From Escherichia coli (GTDB lineage Bacteria > Pseudomonadota > Gammaproteobacteria > Enterobacterales > Enterobacteriaceae), in assembly GCA_025336725.1 (NCBI GenBank), contig GCA_025336725.1_3647.1: a stretch of 64,000 nucleotides of DNA. One strand, 5' to 3'. A program made the translations under genes and the position numbers. Below the pieces are notes generated by a model that saw nothing but the letters and a program-made list of their open reading frames with translations, had not been told where the DNA came from and searched no databases. Positions 1-8,924 of the stretch are shown piece by piece (position 1 is the stretch's first letter; every line of letters starts with the position of its first letter).

Positions 1-1770
1 TTTTAGCAGGAAGCTTATGGTCAATCTTCAAACGTGGATGATTAAGAAGACCAGTATCAACCTTATCCTCCTTGATTGGATCAAGGACCGATCTGCGGTT
101 TCGCAAGGATAACCACAAGACGATGTCCTTAGCCATTTCTCCGTTCAATTTTTCAAGATTCGGGCACAGGTGCCCAAACGTATCTTTCAGTTGTGGAGAA
201 GTGATAAGTGCCCTGGCTTTTCTACGTATTTTCCCGAATACTTCTTTTTTAATCCTTTCGGAGTTAGGGAAGCTTCGGAACTTGTGCACAGTTGTCTGGA
301 ATTTAGCATCAGTTTTGTTCCAGAAGTTGATAATCAGGTCACAATACTCTGACTCTAAAAGCTCGTCCATATATGCATATACTCGTGCATCAACATCTGC
401 ATCAGGTAAAGCTTTCTTCTTGCTGTCTTTAGTTACATCTTTAGTTCTCCACATTGTTGGAAGCCAACCAGCACTGATCAGGTATCGCTTAATATCGTCC
501 TGATTGCTGATTTTCATGGGTATCTTGCATTCCGGCATTCGCTTCTGCTGCAGATCGCTTATTGCCTGATCCATCAGCTCTTTAGGTAAAGGGTGCGGTG
601 TAGAGGTGCCTTTAATATACCCCCTCAAGAAATCAGCCATCTTGTCTGGGTCTTTGCAGCCCATCTCTTCACACCATTTTATCCCCATTTTACTGACATC
701 CCCTGTGGAGGTAAATGCTCGTTTAGGCGGAGCTTTGAACTCTAAAGCGCTCATGTCCACAGGATAGCCAAGTTTATCTTTTAACCATTTCCAGCCATTA
801 TTAGAAATTGTCCCATCTTGGTTAAACGGCTTTTCAGGGAATTTAGGCCGCTGAGATATTGATAATTCTTTTAAAGGAAGTTGAGGTTCAACACGATCAG
901 CGATCTCTTTCATCCACGCATCACAGCGGTCACGTAAAGCAATAGCCCCGTCTATGTCAAAATACACACCTTGACGGGCCTGCAGCTCCATCAGGAAGTG
1001 CTGCAGCATGCCTCGACGCAATGCATTCTTCCAGGCGATCTTTTTGAACCCTTTCGGCTTCTCTTTGGCAGGATCGTACATAAAGTTCTGCATGTCAGAT
1101 TTGCCGTAGAATACACCTTTCGATTCCGCTACCAATTCTTTCCAGAGCAACTCCTGGATGATAACGTCCTCGAACACACGATCCACATACTTCCACAACG
1201 GAAGCTCGCGCCAGTCATCAATTTGAACTTTTTGGTTACCAAGGGCATAGCCCCATGCCATAAGACCGTGAGGTCCAACAGGCTGCATTTTCTTAGTAAC
1301 TGGGTTAAATACTGAGTCTGGACAACCTTTTGGCAAAGGTCGGTCAGGCCACAAGATTCGGCTCATAGCCAATGTATCAAACAGATTAACCTGGTGGTCG
1401 TTGATAGTTCCCATACACTTAGGATCACGGAACATATCAAAATGAATACCAGATAATCTCTCCATCAGCATAAAGTCGTAGCTGTAGCAGTTGTGGCAGT
1501 TCAAAGCCGTGGGTGACCAGTCAGAATTGCCTGTGAGCCAACCTTCCAACTCTGAAAAATCTGCTATGCGAACTTCAAAATCTTTATAAAGAGTTTTCTT
1601 TGCCAGAATAAAGTTCTTAGCCTTCTCTATATCCTCTTCAGAGTAGTGTGTGCGGTCATTTAGAGGAAGGAACAGCATAAAACGGTTCTTATTCAGCTCT
1701 TTAAACAAGCCGCAGTGATAATAAAGATCTAGGTCTTCTAGTAAACCAGAGGCCTCCAGGTCGAAAGACC
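1..1770 (-). CDS. DNA polymerase, family A (T7 gp5-like), N-terminal 3'-5' exonuclease part; partial, continues past window start
   Basis: Open minus-strand frame from ATG at 1768-1770 (AAGGAG RBS upstream) to the window edge; N-terminus MSMWSFDLEASGL.., ..HNCYSYDF.., ..LMAWGYALGN.. resemble T7 DNAP exo motifs. Confidence 0.8.
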
Positions 1771-1838
1771 ACATACTCATATACAGTTCTCCTTAAAGGG
1801 GAGGCGGTTGTACTACCCCTCCCACTCTTGGTTAAACA

Positions 1839-3920
1839 TTAAAAAGGTGTCTCATCGTCTTCAAAACCGGGAACAGGGTCAGAGGACGGATCATCATACG
1901 GAAGGTTTTCTTGTGTGTCAACAGGGTTAACAGCAGGGGTTATAACCTTATCAGCCACAACCTTGCCCACAGGTGTTTCTACAACTGCATGCTCCTGATC
2001 CTCAAACATAGCCTGAGGTCTCCAAACAACCTCCCCACCTTCCCCATCTGTAAACATCTGCATTTCTTTGTCCCAGTACCAGTTGCTGGCATCATGGAAC
2101 TTGCCTGTGTGGGGATCCATAACTAGAGTGTCTGCAATACCTAAGGTTTTTGCTGGGCGGTTTTTAAGACCTACCAGTCGGACACGTCCACGGGAACGAT
2201 CCACCATCTCCTCTGCCTCTACCCCGACAACCACCCAGCTAAGTTGCTCCAATCCGGCACTACCGCGAAGGTTCTCTTTTCGTACAGGGTACCAGAAAGG
2301 TAACGGATTTCCATCCTTATCCTTCGGAGGTACAATCTCTGTGCGCTTCAGGTGAGCAATCACCAAGATAAACACATTAAACTGCTTACAGAACGCGGCT
2401 AGTTGAGTCATAGCCATGTCAAGTTCTTTGCGCTCATCCTTAACATTAAGCCCTGAAATCACCATAGACAAGTGATCCAGCACAATGTAACGGCAGTGAT
2501 ACAGGCACACCATTTGTTTAAGCTTAGTGATCAGCTCATCTACAGGGATGGAGCCGAAATGCTTGAACACTTTGATTTTTCCGGCCTTGGCCCAAGATTG
2601 ATGAATCTCAGCGTGCTCCTGATCGGTCAGGAACTGACTGGGGTCTTCAACAAACTCTTTAACATCAAACCCCAGCTGGTTAGCGTACAGAGAGTTGATT
2701 GCTTCCTCAGGATCCTCTTCAAGGTGAATCAGGCACAGGCGATCATCCTCTTCATAATCATCAGCTTTAGGGCATGTTGGATCCATCAAGTATCTTGCAA
2801 TGCAATGTTCCAGCTTCTTGGCTACAGTTGTTTTACCACCGCCAGACGGGCCTGTCAGCATCATCAAGGTGCCTTTGTGGAGTCCTTTCAGCATCTTCTG
2901 CAGTTTAGGGAACTCTGCACTAATATCCACGCCATTGGAAGTCTTCTTACGAAGAGATTCAATGGAGAAGTCTTCTAAATCAGATACAGCATCAGGCACA
3001 TATTTGACTGGGTGACGGAACATGTTGACAATATCTTCCAGCTTTTTAGCCTTCAGCATGTCACGAATATCTTTTACACCATCAGGGTCGTTTACCTCAC
3101 CTGGGTATTCCACGTGGTAAACGTTGTCAGCCATCAAAAATGCTGCGATATTATGCGTAGCTTCAACACCTTTGATAACGTGTTTTTGCTTCTCTACCTC
3201 GTTAGCTGCATCGTTGTCCATTGCAAGGACTACTGTTCCGTAGCTACGGATAAATTTCTCATTGTTCGCAAAAGTGTCTACGGCGTTTGCACACCCGCAG
3301 TTAATTCCGACAAAAGGCAGGCATGGTTTTCCTGCCAGATCACCGCCGTTAATAACTGCATCAATCCCATCCTGGACTTCTTTAGCCCACTGCTTCACCT
3401 TCGCCGGGGCTTTAGCATTGGTGAGAATTCCTTTTACTTGTACCTGATATGCAGCCTGCCACGCTGCAATAACATCTCCTTCCCCCTCACAAACGTTAAT
3501 CTGCTTGCGGTTGTTGGAGGATGCACACAGCTTTTGACCAAACATCTGGGAGTTGGCCTTTACTATGCCGACAACCGAGAAATGGCCCCTTTGCTCTTTA
3601 GGGATTGTCCAGTCACGCTTTTTAAAGCCAGATAGATTACCGTAGCGGTCATAATACGGAAAGTAGGTGGCAGTAACAGTTACGCCATCCTCTTGGGATA
3701 GCGATGATCGTACACCAAAATATTGTGCAGCCATCAGTCCAATATTTTGTTGTGGAACAGGGACAATTTTAGTATTTTCTAAAACAGTCTCTACAGTTTC
3801 AACTTCTTTTTCATCACGATAGTCTCGTTTCACACTTCCCCCACTTTTATACTTAGTTGCTTTCGGGTTTGGCTCACCGAAACGGTTGTATGCAGATGCC
3901 ATGAATTTACTGCCCATCAA
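1839..3920 (-). CDS. bifunctional DNA primase/helicase (T7 gp4-like)
   Basis: 693 aa; TOPRIM-like segment (..VVLAMDNDAANE..) followed by RecA-type helicase core with Walker A LTGPSGGGKTT. Confidence 0.8.
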   Translation of the reverse strand: MMGSKFMASAYNRFGEPNPKATKYKSGGSVKRDYRDEKEVETVETVLENTKIVPVPQQNIGLMAAQYFGVRSSLSQEDGVTVTATYFPYYDRYGNLSGFKKRDWTIPKEQRGHFSVVGIVKANSQMFGQKLCASSNNRKQINVCEGEGDVIAAWQAAYQVQVKGILTNAKAPAKVKQWAKEVQDGIDAVINGGDLAGKPCLPFVGINCGCANAVDTFANNEKFIRSYGTVVLAMDNDAANEVEKQKHVIKGVEATHNIAAFLMADNVYHVEYPGEVNDPDGVKDIRDMLKAKKLEDIVNMFRHPVKYVPDAVSDLEDFSIESLRKKTSNGVDISAEFPKLQKMLKGLHKGTLMMLTGPSGGGKTTVAKKLEHCIARYLMDPTCPKADDYEEDDRLCLIHLEEDPEEAINSLYANQLGFDVKEFVEDPSQFLTDQEHAEIHQSWAKAGKIKVFKHFGSIPVDELITKLKQMVCLYHCRYIVLDHLSMVISGLNVKDERKELDMAMTQLAAFCKQFNVFILVIAHLKRTEIVPPKDKDGNPLPFWYPVRKENLRGSAGLEQLSWVVVGVEAEEMVDRSRGRVRLVGLKNRPAKTLGIADTLVMDPHTGKFHDASNWYWDKEMQMFTDGEGGEVVWRPQAMFEDQEHAVVETPVGKVVADKVITPAVNPVDTQENLPYDDPSSDPVPGFEDDETPF

Positions 3921-4671
3921 TTCTTCTCCTTACTGCAGGCTCGTTTGCTAAGAATACAGCTCTTGCCCAGCCACGTGGTGTAAGGCTTCGAATCATCTTC
4001 GTCCTTGCACTCTTTCCACCTAGCTTAGCGTGTTGCATGGAATACCCGCTAACCGCGTCAACTATTTGCGGGACAGGTTTTGTGACCAGGATTATAAATC
4101 CATTACCTATCCAGCCGCAAGTTATTTTTGGATAGGCATCACGTGGAGCTATAAATTCAGGAAACCAAGGGTTTACATCATCCTCCGGTAAATACCCGCC
4201 ATAGTCAGAAGGATGAAAACGGTAATCAGGTTTGCGCCACAGTGTGGACATAACACCAACAGGATTCTCTACATGCCACGGGCAATCGTAAATCTCTCCC
4301 AGCTCTTCCGCAACCCGAGCATCCTTTACAGCATTAATTTGGATCATGGGGTCCTTAGCCAGCTTTTTCTTAAAATGTGCAGCACCTGATACCGCTAAAT
4401 GCGTGCACGGAGGAAATGCAAGAATAAAGTCTGGAGCTGGGTACATGCAAAAAGTTTCCTGAGGGAACCATGGGTCAATCCAATAATCCACATAGTGAAT
4501 GTTGGGATGATCAGTTATCACCTCTGCATAACTGCCGTGATCAGCACCTTCTGCATTAAAGCACAGGCACAGGTACCCAGCTTTTGCCCAGTCAATGACT
4601 GCACCACCAGACCCGTCAAATAGACTCCACACAACACCTTTGTGGTAGTGTTCTTTGTAGATAAATTTCAA
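3907..4671 (-). CDS. SAM-dependent methyltransferase-like protein with DNA cytosine-5 MTase-like motifs
   Basis: FDGSGG (motif I-like), FPPCTHLAVSG (PC motif IV-like), HVENPVG (ENV motif VI-like); start moved to TTG at 4671 (AGGAGA RBS 7 nt upstream) because ORF-track GTG start 4701 lies inside a hairpin. Confidence 0.35.
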   Translation of the reverse strand: MKFIYKEHYHKGVVWSLFDGSGGAVIDWAKAGYLCLCFNAEGADHGSYAEVITDHPNIHYVDYWIDPWFPQETFCMYPAPDFILAFPPCTHLAVSGAAHFKKKLAKDPMIQINAVKDARVAEELGEIYDCPWHVENPVGVMSTLWRKPDYRFHPSDYGGYLPEDDVNPWFPEFIAPRDAYPKITCGWIGNGFIILVTKPVPQIVDAVSGYSMQHAKLGGKSARTKMIRSLTPRGWARAVFLANEPAVRRRIDGQ

Positions 4672-4682
4672 TTTGCTGTCTC

Positions 4683-5204
4683 CTAATGCAAAAAGCCCCA
4701 CCCTTTCGGGCAGGGCCTAGTGTTAAACCCGATACCTATTGTATACTCGGTGGATACCAATGTCAAATCTAAATTTAAAATTTCTTGCATCTCATAGTAT
4801 GCGTCCAGGGTGAGATACATTTCTCCATCCTTTTCTACATACTTGTCCAAGTGCTTGAGGCATTTCGGATAACTATCGAGTGCAGCTTTCAGACACTCAA
4901 ATTCTGTGCTGTTGATGAATCCTTCCATCTTAGCTACCCGTTCTGGAGTAACGATAGCGCTGTAGTGAGATTTAGCTTCCTGAATGCAATGGGTCCAAGC
5001 ATCAACTTTCTCTTCGAAAAGTCCGAAGAACTTCTTTTTAGTGAGCTTCAGATTCTTTAAGTGCTTAAGCACTCGGTTGCCGATCACAGACACATCACGA
5101 AACTTAAGGATCACTTTGTCGATATCCTCGCGACCTATTTTCACAAAGCAAGCCTCACACATTTCAGGAGCTGCGTAACCTACTTTCCACATAAAATCTG
5201 ACAT
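4683..5204 (-). CDS. hypothetical protein with N-terminal Cys-rich motif
   Basis: 173 aa ORF; N-terminus WKVGYAAPEMCEAC resembles motif in plus-strand ORF 22155..22355. Confidence 0.5.
   Translation of the reverse strand: MSDFMWKVGYAAPEMCEACFVKIGREDIDKVILKFRDVSVIGNRVLKHLKNLKLTKKKFFGLFEEKVDAWTHCIQEAKSHYSAIVTPERVAKMEGFINSTEFECLKAALDSYPKCLKHLDKYVEKDGEMYLTLDAYYEMQEILNLDLTLVSTEYTIGIGFNTRPCPKGWGFLH
4690..4716 (-). terminator. terminator-like GC hairpin plus T-run overlapping 3' end of upstream ORF
   Basis: Minus strand GCCCTGCCC-GAAA-GGGTGGGGC followed by TTTTT; overlaps last codons of ORF 4683..5204, so function uncertain. Confidence 0.3.
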
Positions 5205-5215
5205 ACTCCTTCTCC

Positions 5216-5611
5216 TTATTCCTGAAAAGCTATGATATCATATGAACTTGCAGATGATCCTGGTGAAGAATGACTCCAGTCTAGGTCATCAGAGTAGTCA
5301 GCGTACTGTGCACCACTACGTAGTTTGTATTTTACCCACTTACCTGGTGCAGGGTTTTCACCACCTTCCCACACTTCCCAGCCTTCTGGCAGGCCGCCCT
5401 GAGCGTAGTCATCCACCTCACTAATAATCTTAGGGTTTGGCACCAATATTCCTGCTGGTTCTTCCTTCTTAGCAAGTGTCCATACAGCGTAGGTGTCTGA
5501 GCAGGCGCATGATAGCAAAGTATATCCACTATTCAGAACTTCTGCAAGCTCTTTTTCAGCATCTTCCAATTTGGTTAAGTGGTATTGGATAATCTTTACA
5601 CCTGTAATCAT
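5216..5611 (-). CDS. hypothetical protein
   Basis: 131 aa ORF packed in same-strand operon. Confidence 0.5.
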   Translation of the reverse strand: MITGVKIIQYHLTKLEDAEKELAEVLNSGYTLLSCACSDTYAVWTLAKKEEPAGILVPNPKIISEVDDYAQGGLPEGWEVWEGGENPAPGKWVKYKLRSGAQYADYSDDLDWSHSSPGSSASSYDIIAFQE

Positions 5612-5913
5612 CAGAAACCTCCTGTCTCTTCAGCAAATGCAGCCGCTGTTGTTGCTGCATCCAGATAAGACTCTAGTTCACGTGCTGCCCGTTTGTAAAT
5701 CGAGTGGCGAATATCGTTCGGCAGTTGGTAAAAATCCACCTCTTCTCCGTTGTGGTAAACATGCACATCAGTAATCTGTCTAAATCCATAATAATCAACA
5801 TCAGAATCACGGCACTCTGGATCTGGCAACTGGACAACTGCCTGAGCCTCTACAGTGAGCATATTGTCAAGTTCGAAATCGATTTCAAAAGTGTATGGTT
5901 TATAACGCTTCAT
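5611..5913 (-). CDS. hypothetical small acidic protein
   Basis: 100 aa ORF, start/stop abutting neighbour. Confidence 0.5.
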   Translation of the reverse strand: MKRYKPYTFEIDFELDNMLTVEAQAVVQLPDPECRDSDVDYYGFRQITDVHVYHNGEEVDFYQLPNDIRHSIYKRAARELESYLDAATTAAAFAEETGGF

Positions 5914-5974
5914 CGTTTGGTGTTCTCCTTAGTTTTTGTGGGGAGGAGTGCCTCCCCTTTATACTCACATTTTA

Positions 5975-6316
5975 CTACTCAAGGTCTTCAGAGTCAAGCT
6001 CAAAAAGAATCAAACTGTGCATGCCTGCAGAGAGATCAACACACCCTGCAACAATAAGGGTTTGATAGTAAGGTTCAGCACCCTCAATATCTTCGTTAAA
6101 ATCCACAACAAGGTAGTCACCTTTGTTAAAGGTGTATTTGTCCGATGTAAACGCAAAACCTGCCCAGTCCCCTACTGCAGGATCTTTATCAGTCACCTTT
6201 GTTAGTAGTAGATCTTTTTCACGAGATCTTTTAGTAAAATCGTGAATCACAACATCCTTCTCTTCAGGAGTCGGATTGCCACACACGTAGTTAACGATAT
6301 TTCTCCACAAACTCAT
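5975..6316 (-). CDS. hypothetical protein
   Basis: 113 aa ORF, 4-nt overlap with downstream helicase gene. Confidence 0.5.
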   Translation of the reverse strand: MSLWRNIVNYVCGNPTPEEKDVVIHDFTKRSREKDLLLTKVTDKDPAVGDWAGFAFTSDKYTFNKGDYLVVDFNEDIEGAEPYYQTLIVAGCVDLSAGMHSLILFELDSEDLE

Positions 6317-7683
6317 ACGTCCCCCTTTTCTGCTCTAGTTTCAAAATCTTTCCTGACTTTCTCGTCTAAGCCAGGGAAAGTTGTATTATAAAACTCTACG
6401 ACTCTCGGGTCAACAATAATATCCACCTCTCTTAATGGACGCAATAAGTTTATTCCTTGTATCGTCTTAACCCGACTCAAGGCAACATACGTCATTCCGG
6501 GAGAGAAAGCTCCGTTCTTTCCGAGGTCTAGGTTGTAACAATCTAACGTAAGTCCTTGACTTTTATGCGATGTTACTGCGTACCCAGATTTCAAAGGAAG
6601 TTGCTCATAAGACCCGATCACAACCCTCTCTATGAACTTCTCCATCTTCCTTTCGGCAATATTGTACCTCTGGGAAGGTTTGTACTCGTTATTCTCCCAC
6701 AATCTCGGCTCAATTTCAACCTGTGTTCCGTCTTCTAGCTCAACTACTACGGATTTGGTCTTGAATTTTACCACTGTGGCACGTGTCCCGTTAACATAAT
6801 ACGGAACTTTGTGAGTAGGGTCAACATCGTTTGAGGTTATCATAACCTTCATCCCTATCTTCAGCCTCATTTCCTGCTCCACAGGTAGTGTGGAAGGGAA
6901 CTTACCTTTCATTTTACCAATGTAGGTCTTCTCTGGGGCCTTGATGGCATCATAGAAACGTCTGTTCACCTCCTCTGCTTGCTTATTGGTGGCACAGATG
7001 GTCAAGGCATCTGTTGGGACACCACCATGATAGCAACGAGTGTTAAGCTCTGCTACAACCTCTTTTATGCGACGACCTTCACGAACACAGTTCAACATTG
7101 TGGCGAAGCGAACAGATTCCTGACGGAACTGGTCTACCAAGGCTATGTTGTGAAGATTAAGATCCTCCCAAGATTCTGTATAGCAACACAGATCTGTGTG
7201 GTAGAAGTTGAAGTAGGCTTCTTTCTCCATAGAAGAGACAACTGGAGGTGCTTGGTAGAAATCTCCAAACAATAACACCTGAATGCCTCCGAAAGGTTTG
7301 TCATTTTTCCGAAGAAAGCGGAGTTTTCTATCCATCTCTATGAACTTGTCAGCACGGATCATAGAGATTTCATCGATAATCAGGATGGTAAATGCCTTGC
7401 TTTTCAGAGGCTTTGCTGTTTTTGCCCTTATTGCTGTCCAGTCTGACTCCATGCTCACACCTGCGGCAAGATCGAAAGTTCGGTGCGCTGTTGCTCCATT
7501 AACGTTTAAAGCGGCTACCCCTGTCGGGGCAACCGTTATGCAAGAGTCTCCATACATGGACTGGATCATGTTGATAAGATATGTCTTCCCGGTTCCACCA
7601 GGTCCACTTACGAAGACATTCTCACCGCTCATGATTGCAACAAGGGCAGCATCTGTGCCTACATCGTACTGCCCTTTTTCCAT
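6313..7683 (-). CDS. SF1B DNA helicase (PIF1/RecD/Dda-like)
   Basis: 456 aa; Walker A VSGPGGTGKTYL, Walker B IIDEISM, motif LLFGDFYQAPPV typical of PIF1/Dda-like helicases. Confidence 0.8.
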   Translation of the reverse strand: MEKGQYDVGTDAALVAIMSGENVFVSGPGGTGKTYLINMIQSMYGDSCITVAPTGVAALNVNGATAHRTFDLAAGVSMESDWTAIRAKTAKPLKSKAFTILIIDEISMIRADKFIEMDRKLRFLRKNDKPFGGIQVLLFGDFYQAPPVVSSMEKEAYFNFYHTDLCCYTESWEDLNLHNIALVDQFRQESVRFATMLNCVREGRRIKEVVAELNTRCYHGGVPTDALTICATNKQAEEVNRRFYDAIKAPEKTYIGKMKGKFPSTLPVEQEMRLKIGMKVMITSNDVDPTHKVPYYVNGTRATVVKFKTKSVVVELEDGTQVEIEPRLWENNEYKPSQRYNIAERKMEKFIERVVIGSYEQLPLKSGYAVTSHKSQGLTLDCYNLDLGKNGAFSPGMTYVALSRVKTIQGINLLRPLREVDIIVDPRVVEFYNTTFPGLDEKVRKDFETRAEKGDV

Positions 7684-8924
7684 TACGCCTCCTCGTAGAT
7701 AATGTCGATAGTATTACCGTCGCGGTCAACCACGTACTCAATTGGGTCGCCATCTTTGCGCGATTCTGGAGCTACTACGATTTCGTAGCGGCATGCACGG
7801 CACTTGGCGCTGTTGTGTTGGTAAGGTACACTAACTACATCGGCAGGGTCAACCATAACCGTCATCACAGTTCCGTAGCTCTTTGCATACTCTTTGCTGG
7901 CACAGTGCAGGCCATAAGAGCATGCAGCTTCCGGATCATCCTCTACAAAGTTACGAGGCATGGATACAAAAGCCCCCTGGTATTGTGGGACTTTACCACT
8001 GTGCCAATCCACCCACTTGTCGCCGTTAAACTGAACCCCTTTGTAGCAAATGATTCGACCATCTTCTGCAATCTGAATGTCGTTTGCCTGCATAAAATCG
8101 TAGAGCATGTTTACAGATTTTGCAGAAGGATTGCGTAGCAGGCGAACGAGGAATTTCACATAGCGGTCATCCAGTGTTCCGTCTGCATAATCTTTCTCAA
8201 TTTTCTTTGCAATGGTGGATCGCATCTCTACACCGTAGTAGTAGAGCTTACCATCTTTCATGATCAGGTTGTCTGCAAGTGTGGTGAACTCATTCTTTCG
8301 TTCCAGCCAGACAAGGATTTCACCAATTGCCTCGTCATATTCCTGAACAGAGATATGGTCGAAGACTTTCTGGTAAACTTCCTCACTTTCACTGCGGCGA
8401 ATTTCAAAAATACCTTCGTTGCAGGTGATCTGGAGGAGTTCCCCGCAAATAACCACCAAAGGCTCGATGCTTCGGGTCTGTTGCTGAGACACACTGCTCA
8501 CCACCTCCAGCACCGGGTCTTTTACTTCTACTAAAGGTTCTTCTGACTTGATTGCTACCCCAGTGAACCCTACACCGTGAACAACACACAGTGGATATAC
8601 CACACCCCAACGTTTAACGGAACCTTCTCCTAAATCTAAGATCATGGCGTACTTACCGTTATCTTCCAGCCCATATCGAAATAAACGGGCCTCTTCACGG
8701 GTTTCAAAATACTCACGGGTGTAGCAGACGCTGTCACGGTCAGGATCGAACAACTCTGGGGCACCTACTGCCAGTGTCCAGGTTGTGTTACCTTTCTCAA
8801 TAGCGCATGTGAAACCCTTCTTCTCAAGCTCTGCACGGCGGTCACGTGCTTCTTTACGAGTTTTGAAATGTTCGTAGATGAAAATCATCTTGGTCTCCTT
8901 ATTTGATGTTATTCTTTGTATCAA
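7683..8924 (-). CDS. rIIB: rIIB-like protein
   Basis: 413 aa directly downstream of rIIA-like gene; C-terminal region (..LYDFMQANDIQIAEDG.., ..VDPADVVSVPYQHN..) matches my recollection of T4 rIIB. Confidence 0.75.
   Translation of the reverse strand: MIQRITSNKETKMIFIYEHFKTRKEARDRRAELEKKGFTCAIEKGNTTWTLAVGAPELFDPDRDSVCYTREYFETREEARLFRYGLEDNGKYAMILDLGEGSVKRWGVVYPLCVVHGVGFTGVAIKSEEPLVEVKDPVLEVVSSVSQQQTRSIEPLVVICGELLQITCNEGIFEIRRSESEEVYQKVFDHISVQEYDEAIGEILVWLERKNEFTTLADNLIMKDGKLYYYGVEMRSTIAKKIEKDYADGTLDDRYVKFLVRLLRNPSAKSVNMLYDFMQANDIQIAEDGRIICYKGVQFNGDKWVDWHSGKVPQYQGAFVSMPRNFVEDDPEAACSYGLHCASKEYAKSYGTVMTVMVDPADVVSVPYQHNSAKCRACRYEIVVAPESRKDGDPIEYVVDRDGNTIDIIYEEA

Noticed and set aside
2472-3635. 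Plus-strand ORFs (e.g. 2472..2978, 3012..3635) and many similar antisense ORFs inside long minus-strand genes
   Set aside because: They lie fully antisense within well-supported genes (primase/helicase, fibers, J), lack RBS and have low-complexity or odd composition; treated as spurious.
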